DNA from: an uncultured Gemmatimonadales bacterium
GTDB taxonomy: Bacteria; Gemmatimonadota; Gemmatimonadetes; Longimicrobiales; RSA9
Assembly (NCBI GenBank): GCA_963816355.1
Contig: CAWFKH010000004.1
Coordinates: forward strand, 1 to 64,000
Direction of reading: 5' to 3'
DNA: 64,000 nucleotides
The notes under the pieces are model-generated. The model did not search any database. It was given only the letters and a program-made list of their open reading frames with translations, and was not told the origin of the DNA. The translations under genes were made by a program, and so were the position numbers. Shown one piece after another: positions 7,807 to 20,538 of this stretch (its first letter is position 1; each line of letters begins with the position of its first letter).

Positions 7807-10800
7807 AACAGCGAGGCGGCCCTCATTGCGAGACGGAAAATGCCAGGCGCACGCCGTCGATCAGCTGGCGGGACGCGTTGCTTCGATGAGGTCTTCTCTT
7901 TCGACAGGGAAATTGGCGGCGCGGATGCGGCTTAGGCACCTAACCCACTGGGGGCTTCAATGAGGCCCTCTCTTTCGAGAGGGAACATGGAATCGCCTCA
8001 TCGTGATGGGCTCGACGCCCATGCTGCTTCAATGAGGCCCTCTCTTTCGAGAGGGAAAATGAGCTGGGCGCGGACAAGCTTGACGTCGTACAGCACGTCG
8101 CTTCAATGAGGCCCTCTCTTTGGAGAGGGAAAATGCCCGCCGCTGGTCGCGAAGTCGAAGCCAAAATCGAGGCTTCAATGAGGTCCTCTCTTTCGAGAGG
8201 GAAAATGCGCACCGGAAGATCCTGGCGGCTCTCGCGCAACTCGCTTCAATGAGGCCCTCTCTTTCGAGAGGGAAAATGCGAGCCAGAGACCACAGACACG
8301 GGGATGACACCATGCTTCAATGAGGCCCTCTCTTTCGAGAGGGAAAATGGGATCACTTGCAACCGGATGGGTTGCCAAGTGATTGCTTCAATGAGGCCCT
8401 CTCTTTCGAGAGGGAAAATGCGGTGCAGAACTTCCACGGCATGTTCGTCGGCATCGCTTCATTGAGGCCCTCTCTTTCGAGAGGGACAATGGACGATCGG
8501 GGACTAAGTAGGTTAGGCACCTAACCTGCTTCAATGAGGCCATCTCTTTCGAGAGGGAAAATGGCGCTGCCAGCCACGGACCGTGCTCATCACGGCCGAC
8601 GCTTCAATGAGGCCCTCTCTTTCGAGAGGGAAAATGGCCATCCAGCAGGACGGAGCGGGCCGCTTCACGGTAGCTTCAATGAGGCCCTCTCTTTCGAGAG
8701 GGAAAATGAAGGCCATGGTCGACCTCATGGGCACGCTCGGGCCGCTTCAATGAGGCCCTCTCTTTCGAGAGGGAAAATGGTCAACGGTCTCGGCCGCGTC
8801 ACGCTGAACCTCTCCGAGCTTCAATGAGGCCCTCTCTTTCGAGAGGGAAAATGCTCGGGCGCCGGGTGGTCCGCGCCGTAGATCACCTGGCTTCAATGAG
8901 GCCCTCTCTTTCGAGAGGGAAAATGGCGCATGGAACTCCAGCACGACGAGGACGTGCTGCGGCTTCAATGAGGCCCTCTCTTTCGAGAGGGAAAATGGAC
9001 CGCGCAAAGCATGACGAACTGGCGGCCATCATGCTTCAATGAGGCCCTCTCTTTCGAGAGGGAAAATGTCGGAGTATTCTGGGTCACTCCTCATCCGTGA
9101 GCTGCTTCAATGAGGCCCTCTCTTTCGAGAGGGAAAATGCGCAGAGACGAGCCCGTGCCGTCAAAGCCATCCGTGCTTCAATGAGGCCCTCTCTTTCGAG
9201 AGGGAAAATGCTTCCGCGCGATCGCGCTCGCCCTTGAGGCTCTCCGGCTTCAATGAGGCCCTCTCTTTCGAGAGGGAAAATGGGCACGGCGCCCGACCAG
9301 ATCGGCTTCTACGGCATGCTTCAATGAGGCCCTCTCTTTCGAGAGGGAAAATGCTCTGCCCCACGAGCCTCCCGCTCGCAATCTGAGCAGCTTCAATGAG
9401 GCCCTCTCTTTCGAGAGGGAAAATGGGCACGGCGCCCGACCAGATCGGCTTCTACGGCATGCTTCAATGAGGCCCTCTCTTTCGAGAGGGAAAATGGGCA
9501 CGGCGCCCGACCAGATCGGCTTCTACGGCATGCTTCAATGAGGCCCTCTCTTTCGAGAGGGAAAATGCTCTGCCCCACGAGCCTCCCGCTCGCAATCTGA
9601 GCAGCTTCAATGAGGCCCTCTCTTTCGAGAGGGAAAATGGAAGCGGAAACAATCGCTAAGCTTCTCATCGTGCAGCAGCTTCAATGAGGCCCTCTCTTTC
9701 GAGAGGGAAAATGCTCGGTATCGGCCGCCAGTCGCGCCTCATCCTCGAGCTTCAATGAGGCCCTCTCTTTCGAGAGGGAAAATGCTGGTGCTGCTCAACC
9801 GCGGCGCGGATCCGGAGTTCGCTTCAATGAGGCCCTCTCTTTCGAGAGGGAAAATGGAGCTCAGCGGCCTCTCCTCTGTCGTCGCCGGGATGCTTCAATG
9901 AGGCCCTCTCTTTCGAGAGGGAAAATGGTCGAGGTGCATGGCTACAGCCGCCAGGACGACGCGCTTCAATGAGGCCCTCTCTTTCGAGAGGGAAAATGTC
10001 GAAGGTGGACCTGCCCTCGCGCTCGAAGACGAATCTGCTTCAATGAGGCCCTCTCTTTCGAGAGGGAAAATGGCTTTGTGCTGGGCGAGGACGATTAGCC
10101 GGGTAGGCTTCAATGAGGCCCTCTCTTTCGAGAGGGAAAATGGCAGAGCAGCAATCGCGGCCCGCAGATCGACGCCTAGCTTCAATGAGGCCCTCTCTTT
10201 CGAGAGGGAAAATGATCTTCGCCCCCTCCGGCGGCGGCCGGTGCAGGACGCTTCAATGAGGCCCTCTCTTTCGAGAGGGAAAATGGCGAGGGGGGCGTGC
10301 AGGACCCCACGCCATTCCTCCAGCTTCAATGAGGCCCTCTCTTTCGAGAGGGAAAATGCCGGACGGCACGCGGCATTTCAGCCCGGCTTCGCGCGCTTCA
10401 ATGAGGCCCTCTCTTTCGAGAGGGAAAATGCCTCGCCTTCACCACCTCCGGATTGCGCGAAGGGTCGCTTCAATGAGGCCCTCTCTTTCGAGAGGGAAAA
10501 TGGTGTCAGCGACTGGGGGCACACGGCGTCCTTCGCGACGCTTCAATGAGGCCCTCTCTTTCGAGAGGGAAAATGCGCGCAGCAGGAACAGCGCGAGCTC
10601 CCAGTAGGCGTAGCTTCAATGAGGCCCTCTCTTTCGAGAGGGAAAATGCGACAAGTGGAAGGAAGCCCCGTTCTACCTCTCCGAGCTTCAATGAGGCCCT
10701 CTCTTTCGAGAGGGAAAATGGTTCTGCGCCTGCGGCGCGCGCCGGCAGGTCCTGATGCTTCAATGAGGCCCTCTCTTTCGAGAGGGAAAATGGTCGCCGA

Positions 10801-12813
10801 CGCGATCGAGGGGCTCGACGAGAAATGGCTTCAATGAGGCCCTCTCTTTCGAGAGGGAAAATGGAGACGACAGGTGTGGGATTCTCCGACGTGCCAGTCG
10901 CTTCAATGAGGCCCTCTCTTTCGAGAGGGAAAATGGCGGCCATGCCGTCCGAAACGAGGCACCAACACTTGCTTCAATGAGGCCCTCTCTTTCGAGAGGG
11001 AAAATGCCGAAGACCCGCTTCCCGCCCTACTTGCGCTATGGCGAGCTTCAATGAGGCCCTCTCTTTCGAGAGGGAAAATGGGTGCTGCTCAACCGCGGCG
11101 CAGACCCGGAGTTCGCTTCAATGAGGCCCTCTCTTTCGAGAGGGAAAATGGCCGTCTGCGGCGGCACGATGATGCTGCCGTCGAAACTGCTTCAATGAGG
11201 CCCTCTCTTTCGAGAGGGAAAATGCCCGGGCGCTGCGTTAGGCACCGCGCGGCGAAGCCTGCTTCAATGAGGCCCTCTCTTTCGAGAGGGAAAATGCCGG
11301 AAGCACCTGAAGCACAATCCGCTGAAGAACCCGCTTCAATGAGGCCCTCTCTTTCGAGAGGGAAAATGGACGTCCGTGACGAGGGATACGCGGCGGGAAC
11401 CGCGGCTTCAATGAGGCCCTCTCTTTCGAGAGGGAAAATGCTCTATGCTCCCGCTGTGTCGATCGATGTGAACGGCGCTTCAATGAGGCCCTCTCTTTCG
11501 AGAGGGAAAATGCCTGCTGGCGGAAACGCAGTGTGTCCCGCTCCGCCTGCTTCAATGAGGCCCTCTCTTTCGAGAGGGAAAATGGTCCGTCGGAGTGTCC
11601 GTCATTGTGCTGTCTCCTGTTGCTTCAATGAGGCCCTCTCTTTCGAGAGGGAAAATGATCCGCCCGCTCAATGGCAGGCCCGTCCTCGCGGTGGCTTCAA
11701 TGAGGCCCTCTCTTTCGAGAGGGAAAATGTCAGTTCGACGTAATCGCCCGCACCAAGGGGCACGGGCTTCAATGAGGCCCTCTCTTTCGAGAGGGAAAAT
11801 GACGGCAAACGTGGAGCGGAACGATGGCTGCCACGAGCTTCAATGAGGCCCTCTCTTTCGAGAGGGAAAATGGTCTCGCGATTCTCGGGTCTAGTATCGC
11901 AGAGATCAGCTTCAATGAGGCCCTCTCTTTCGAGAGGGAAAATGCCGTGGCGGAACGACCCGGCCGGGTTGGCCGCGCCCAGGCTTCAATGAGGCCCTCT
12001 CTTTCGAGAGGGAAAATGGTGGCCTGCCGGTCGCCGTCTCCGCGGCGCATCCGCAGCTTCAATGAGGCCCTCTCTTTCGAGAGGGAAAATGCGGCGTCAC
12101 CACGTCCGAGGGCCACAGCTGCCGATCATCGCTTCAATGAGGCCCTCTCTTTCGAGAGGGAAAATGCGTCCTATGCGGACCGCTCACGGCGGTCCAGAGT
12201 CGCTTCAATGAGGCCCTCTCTTTCGAGAGGGAAAATGGACACGGCCACGTGCAGGTCGCCGCGACGTCGCTTCAATGAGGCCCTCTCTTTCGAGAGGGAA
12301 AATGCGCACGGCGAGTGCGCAGGTCCGCCGACGACGCGCTTCAATGAGGCCCTCTCTTTCGAGAGGGAAAATGCGACGTCGAGCGGCCGACGCCAGCCGG
12401 CCGGCACGCAGCTTCAATGAGGCCCTCTCTTTCGAGAGGGAAAATGCGCGCTCAGCGCCGGTCGACGAGCTCGACGGCCTCGCTGCTTCAATGAGGCCCT
12501 CTCTTTCGAGAGGGAAAATGCACGACGGTCGACGCGAGCCAGGTCGACGACTTCGCGCTTCAATGAGGCCCTCTCTTTCGAGAGGGAAAATGCGACTGGC
12601 CGATCGCTCGGCCAGGTCGTCGACCGACGTTGCTTCAATGAGGCCCTCTCTTTCGAGAGGGAAAATGCGACTGCCGGACGAGGCCGTCGCCGCCGCACGA
12701 CGCCGGCTTCAATGAGGCCCTCTCTTTCGAGAGGGAAAATGGCACGCGGTCCGGCGCGGCGCGCGAGTGCAGCCGACGCTTCAATGAGGCCCTCTCTTTC
12801 GAGAGGGAAAATG
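7807..12813 (-). CRISPR. CRISPR array, about 69 copies of a 36-bp repeat (transcribed strand CATTTTCCCTCTCGAAAGAGAGGGCCTCATTGAAGC) plus a remnant at 7807-7842; spacers about 31-39 nt
   Basis: Plus-strand GCTTCAATGAGGCCCTCTCTTTCGAGAGGGAAAATG recurs about every 72 bp from 7880 to 12813 (manual count), with an internal hairpin CCCTCTC-TTTC-GAGAGGG. Mutated repeats cluster at 7807-8563 (trailer), placing the leader next to cas2. Confidence 0.98.
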
Positions 12814-12993
12814 GGCCCGTGTCGTAAGTCGGTGTGCCGCACCGGTCTGGCGGGGCGAAATCGAGCGTCCGCCTCGGGAGGCGCCGGTGGGAGGAGAGCG
12901 GCCGTGCCCGGAAGGGGCGATGAGGGGCGTCCTCACTGGGGTTCGAGCGGATTGCGGCATTTCGACATCACTCCTTCCGCTCGCGGCGCGTCC
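12814..12993 (-). promoter_or_regulatory. CRISPR leader
   Basis: Non-coding 180 bp between the cas2 stop and the first perfect repeat; TCGAGCG occurs near 12861 and 12943, with an inverted CGCTCG near 12978. Confidence 0.7.
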
Positions 12994-13281
12994 TTACAGC
13001 ACCAGCGCGCGCGGACGGACGTTGAGTGCCTTTCCGATGGTGTCGACGATCGCGTCGAGCGGGTGGATCGAGCGGCCAAGGTCGAGGATCAGGACCTGGT
13101 CCTCGCGGTGGTGGATCTCCTGGCCGAGTTCGCCGCGCATGCGGACGAGGTCCTGCTCGTCGATCTCGCACAAGAATACGCTGTACTGGACGTGGTTGCC
13201 ATAGCCGTGGAGGGTGCGGAAGACGCGGTCGCGGCGACGGTCGTCGGAGATGTCGTAGGTGACGAGGAAGTGGCGTCGCAC
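12994..13281 (-). CDS. cas2: CRISPR-associated endonuclease Cas2
   Basis: FLVTYDISDDRRR...YGNHVQYSVFLC...DQVLILDLG; 95 aa. Confidence 0.97.
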   Translation of the reverse strand: MRRHFLVTYDISDDRRRDRVFRTLHGYGNHVQYSVFLCEIDEQDLVRMRGELGQEIHHREDQVLILDLGRSIHPLDAIVDTIGKALNVRPRALVL

Positions 13282-13284
13282 GGG

Positions 13285-15024
13285 TCACCTCGTGGTGATG
13301 CCGGCGTACTCGGGGACGTCGCCCCGGAGCCAGCGCGCGAGGAGGCGGGCCTGCACGCGGATCATGGCGCGCCAGGAGGAGCGATAGCCGAAGAGGGGAT
13401 GCGTGACGAGCTGGTCGAGACGAGCCTCGTAGGCGCCGATGAACGCCTTGCGGCCCCGCTCGCCGAGCGCGCAGCCGGACGCGCCGCGAGTGAAGTCGGA
13501 CGCGCCGACCATGCCGGTATTGACGGCGGTGATCACGGCGCTGTCTACGATGAGGGGACGGAACTCCTCCATGAGGTCGAGTGCGAGCGAGGGCCGGCCG
13601 TGGCGCGGCTGATGGAACAGGCCCCACCACGGGTCGAGGCCCTCCGAAAGCGCGGCGACCGTACACTCCTTCGCCAGCAGCGCGTAGCCGAAGGAGAGCA
13701 GCGCGTTGACGGGGTCGCGGGGCGGACGGCGGTTGCGGTTGCGGAAGTCCCATTCCGCGTCGAAGTCCCGCGGCCGGAGCATCGCGGCGAAGTGCTCGAA
13801 GTAGTGGGCGGCGACGGCGCCCTCGATGCCGAGCAGCGCGGGAATCGAGGGAGCGGAGTCGACGTCGCGCAACAGACGCTTCATGCGCGCGAGGGCGCCC
13901 GCGGGCTTCGGCGACGCGTTGCGGCGCAGCATCGTGCGCTGGTTCATGGCTTTCGCGAGCACCACGGCGCGAGCGAAGGCGAGGCAGCGGTCCGGGCGCG
14001 CGGCGGCGGCGAACTGGGCGGCGCGGTCGTAGGCGTTGCGCAGCGCGAGACCGTTCGTGACGCCGTAGAACCAGTGGCCCCGCGACAGGTGGACGATCGG
14101 GATGCCGGCCTCGCAGAGGAGGTGGACGGTCTGCGCCGTCACGATGACGTTGCCGCAGACGACGAGGTGATCGAGATCGATCAGGCGGGCGCGGCCGATC
14201 TCGTCGTTGTTCTTGCGCACTACGACCACATTGCCGCGCTTGCCGACCATGGCGCCCTGCGTCTGGACGTAGAGCGGGGGTGCGTCGGCGCGTGAGGGGT
14301 AGAGGCGGCGGACGCGGCCGTCGGGCGATGCGGCCGGATCCGCCGCGACCTCGCGCAAAGCCAGCGTCTCATCCGGAAGGCAGATCCCGGCGAGGGAGCA
14401 CCCGTTGCACTTCGGGCTGTCGTCGAGCGGGGCCGGCAGCACTGTGGAACTCGCGGCGAGGCGCGCCTTCTCGAGGTGATGGAACGTCGCCGCCTCCAGC
14501 TCGGCCGTGAGCGGGATATCGACGCGCGTGCGCGAGCGAGCGTAGTAGAGCACGGCGTGGTCGCAGCGGTAGCCGTGCTCGCGCAGCAGCAGCGCCTGGG
14601 CCATGAGCTGCACGCGCTCCGGCTCCCAGGATCGCTCGGGGTTGTCGGGCGCGCGGCCGCGCTTCGTCTCCACGGGCACTGCCTCGTCGCCGGCGGTGGA
14701 GACCAGATCGAGCTTCGCGACCAGGCCGAGGCGCTCGCTGGCGAGGGTGACGGAACGGCTGACGGTGGGCGGGTCGTCCCCGGCGTCGGACGCTTCCGGT
14801 TTCGGGGTGCCGTCGGGGGCGGGCAGGACATCGTCGAAGCGGTCGACGCGGCGGTGCACTTCCCTGCCCTCGCGCGTGTAGACGTTGTCGGCCCATCGGC
14901 CCTCGACGTGCATCAGGTGAAAGAGGCGCGGACAGTAGACGAACTCGTTCAGCATGCGCGCGGGGAGGAGGTCCGGCGGGTCCGAGGACGCCGGATGAGT
15001 GGACGTAGCGGGCTTCCCGGTCAT
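13285..15024 (-). CDS. cas1: Cas4/Cas1 fusion
   Basis: N-terminal Cas4 (NEFVYCPRLF, PVETKRG, QLMAQ, KCNGCSLAGIC) fused to Cas1 (LGIEG..A..YF, RNRRPPRDPVNALLSFGY, LALDLMEEFRP); typical of type I-G. Confidence 0.97.
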   Translation of the reverse strand: MTGKPATSTHPASSDPPDLLPARMLNEFVYCPRLFHLMHVEGRWADNVYTREGREVHRRVDRFDDVLPAPDGTPKPEASDAGDDPPTVSRSVTLASERLGLVAKLDLVSTAGDEAVPVETKRGRAPDNPERSWEPERVQLMAQALLLREHGYRCDHAVLYYARSRTRVDIPLTAELEAATFHHLEKARLAASSTVLPAPLDDSPKCNGCSLAGICLPDETLALREVAADPAASPDGRVRRLYPSRADAPPLYVQTQGAMVGKRGNVVVVRKNNDEIGRARLIDLDHLVVCGNVIVTAQTVHLLCEAGIPIVHLSRGHWFYGVTNGLALRNAYDRAAQFAAAARPDRCLAFARAVVLAKAMNQRTMLRRNASPKPAGALARMKRLLRDVDSAPSIPALLGIEGAVAAHYFEHFAAMLRPRDFDAEWDFRNRNRRPPRDPVNALLSFGYALLAKECTVAALSEGLDPWWGLFHQPRHGRPSLALDLMEEFRPLIVDSAVITAVNTGMVGASDFTRGASGCALGERGRKAFIGAYEARLDQLVTHPLFGYRSSWRAMIRVQARLLARWLRGDVPEYAGITTR

Positions 15025-15071
15025 TGTGCACTCCGATGATAGACCGGGGAGAGGTTCGGGTAGGGAGGATT

Positions 15072-15100
15072 ACTATTGGACGGCTAAACGCGCCGGTCAA
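15072..15100 (-). promoter_or_regulatory. Candidate sigma70 promoter for cas4/1-cas2
   Basis: Minus-strand TTGACC (15100-15095), 17-nt spacer, AATAGT (15077-15072) in an AT-richer gap about 50 bp upstream of cas1. Confidence 0.4.
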
Positions 15101-15200
15101 GACTGTTCTGTGGGGCGAGGTCCTGGTGCCGATGGCAGCTGCCGTGCCGATCCATCAGGTAGTCGGGAGTCTCTTCGCCCGCGGGCGGCTGGCGGCCATT

Positions 15201-16718
15201 TCAGCGAGGCAGATCCTGCGGGCTGAAGATGCCGAGCCCGTAGTGACAGGCATAGCCGAGCGCAAGCGGGCCCTCGATCGACACGGGAAACGTGAGGCGA
15301 AGGAAGTGCCCCTGGCGGTCGGGTTGCCGATCCGCGCGGCGGCGGCGGAATCGATGGAAGTGGACGGGACGCCTTGGCCTGCCCTTCACGATGCGCTCCG
15401 CGACGGACTCCACCGTGACCGGTGCCGGCAGTCCGCGGAGCGTGCATTCCCGCGCGACCTGCTCGCGGACGCCGAAACCCCTCTTGGCAAACCACGGGTG
15501 TAGATAGGGCGTCATGGAAGTCCAGATGTCGCCGGTTCCGGTGTATTGCGACGGTGCGTCGGAAGGACGTTCCCACTCTCCCTCGAACACCGTACGCCAC
15601 TTCGACCCGGAGTGTGTCCAGACGGCGTCGATGCTTCCCAATGCGGCGACCGAATGGCGTGACAATCCAGCCGGTGCATGGATCAATACGTGATCCACGC
15701 GGCCGTCGTTGTCGGCGTCCTCCGCCAGATAGAAGGCGTGGCCGTGCGTGTTGTCCGCAGGCAGATCGTGGCCGGAGAGAACGGGAGGGACGTTCTCCGC
15801 GTCGCCGGCAATGCGGTCTGCGACCTTGATCGCGGCCCATCGTACCGCCTCGCCGATCCGGAGGGCATCTTCAATGCGTGGAAGCGGCTTGCCCACCAGA
15901 GCGAGTCTCACCGTCGTGCTGCTGAGTCGGCCCGGCGATGGGGTGAAACGAGGTCTCGCCATGAAGCAATCCCTGGGGCGCAGGTAGCCCACCACGCGCG
16001 CCGCTGGAGGATGGCTCCAGCCGGAGCGCAACAACGCCGACGTTTCGAGGCGGAGCGCATCGACAAGCCGTTCCGGAAGCGTCTCGAGGACGCGCTTCTC
16101 GCGGGCGCGCAGCCGCCCGCCGGTGAGGCCGAAGCGGTCGATCGCGACGGCCCGTGCTTCCGCGTACGCCGCCGAGGAGAGAGGCGCGAGTACTGCGACG
16201 CTTTCATCAGCCGAGGCGACTTCATGCGGCGCCGGCACGCAGTTGGGGGGCTCCGATGCGTCTACGACGCGTGCCTCGACCCAACTCTCGGCGCGACCGA
16301 GATAGCCCATGCGGTCCGCCAGCGTGACGAGCAGCTCCCGCTCCGGGGGTTCCAGGAAAGCGTCTGCCCATTCGACCAGGAGAGCGGCGTCTGGTTCGAC
16401 GGCGACGAACGCATCGAAGACCAACGTGCGATTCGAAGCACCGCGGCCACCCAATGGCATGTAGTGCCGCGTGTGGGATCGAATGGCGTCGGGTAGGCGG
16501 TAGACAGGTAACGATGCGGCGAGGCTGTCCACGAGTCCTCCCAGGAGGGCGTCGGGGAAGCGCCCGGCGTCCACCTTGCGGTGCCAGGTGGCGATCAGAG
16601 CACGCAAGATGCGCCACGGCGCCGGCGGCCACTCCACCTCCGCCTCGTTCACGTTGCGGCCCCAGGGCGTCGCGTGGTAGCGGCCCGCCGGGAACCGGAG
16701 CTCCATCACGATACTCAC
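15201..16718 (-). CDS. csb2: Type I-G Csb2 (Cas5/Cas6 fusion)
   Basis: N-terminal LRFPAGRYHATPW...EWPPAPWRILRALIA, YLGRAESWV and a C-terminal Cas6 Gly-rich loop GPLALGYACHYGLGIF. Confidence 0.93.
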   Translation of the reverse strand: MSIVMELRFPAGRYHATPWGRNVNEAEVEWPPAPWRILRALIATWHRKVDAGRFPDALLGGLVDSLAASLPVYRLPDAIRSHTRHYMPLGGRGASNRTLVFDAFVAVEPDAALLVEWADAFLEPPERELLVTLADRMGYLGRAESWVEARVVDASEPPNCVPAPHEVASADESVAVLAPLSSAAYAEARAVAIDRFGLTGGRLRAREKRVLETLPERLVDALRLETSALLRSGWSHPPAARVVGYLRPRDCFMARPRFTPSPGRLSSTTVRLALVGKPLPRIEDALRIGEAVRWAAIKVADRIAGDAENVPPVLSGHDLPADNTHGHAFYLAEDADNDGRVDHVLIHAPAGLSRHSVAALGSIDAVWTHSGSKWRTVFEGEWERPSDAPSQYTGTGDIWTSMTPYLHPWFAKRGFGVREQVARECTLRGLPAPVTVESVAERIVKGRPRRPVHFHRFRRRRADRQPDRQGHFLRLTFPVSIEGPLALGYACHYGLGIFSPQDLPR

Positions 16719-16722
16719 GCGC

Positions 16723-20028
<3,306 letters not shown>

Positions 20029-20032
<4 letters not shown>

Positions 20033-20538
20033 CGGGAGGACCCCCGGCGCGCGATTTCCTTGAGGTGAGCGGCGTCGTCCAGATCGCGCGGCCGAGCTGC
20101 CTCCTCCTTGATCCGGATCAGCGTGGGCAGCGTCAGGAAGCGGACCGCGAGCCCGGGCGCGATTCCGATGGGCTGTGCGGCATCGAACTCCTCAGCGAAA
20201 TCGAAAGGCGGCGTCGCGAAGAGATCGATCGTGAGGTCCCGGTACAGTCCGCTCGCCAGAGAGAAGACTCTGAGGTTTCGCTCCTTTATCCACGCACCGC
20301 GAATTGCGGCATCCGCGAAGCCGCTCGCGGGAACGGGAAGCACCGGCCGGTAGCCAAGCTCAGCAAGAGCCTCGATGGCGGCGAGCACGTTCTCCTTCTC
20401 CATGGCCAGAGCGAGGTCGAGATCATCGGTGACGCGGCGGTAGCCGTGTGCGTTCACGGCGACGCCACCGGCGACAATGTAGCGCACCGCCCGGGCGTCG
20501 AGCGCGCGGAAGACCCTTTCGAGCGTCGCGAACTTCAT
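20029..20538 (-). CDS. Nucleotidyltransferase, AbiEii/DUF1814 (MenT-like) superfamily, inside the cas operon
   Basis: 169 aa; YIVAGGVAVNAHGYRRVTDDLD (GG...R.T.D.D signature), IDLF and C-terminal K....RPRDLDD. Confidence 0.85.

Noticed and set aside
7843..7879. Terminal spacer matches 10 nt (ACGCGTCCCG) at 23101-23110 upstream of cas3, suggesting autoregulation
   Set aside because: A 10-nt GC-rich match is expected by chance, the first seed base mismatches and no T-rich PAM is adjacent.
7940..12842. Many ORFs with repeated MRPSLSRGKM / FPLEREGLIEA / FSLSKERASLK peptides
   Set aside because: They are translations of the CRISPR repeat, not genes.
15025..15200. CreTA-like RNA or isolated repeat in the cas intergenic gaps (also 22974-23209)
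   Set aside because: No recognisable repeat-like sequence found by eye; a highly diverged copy cannot be excluded without covariance search or RNA-seq.
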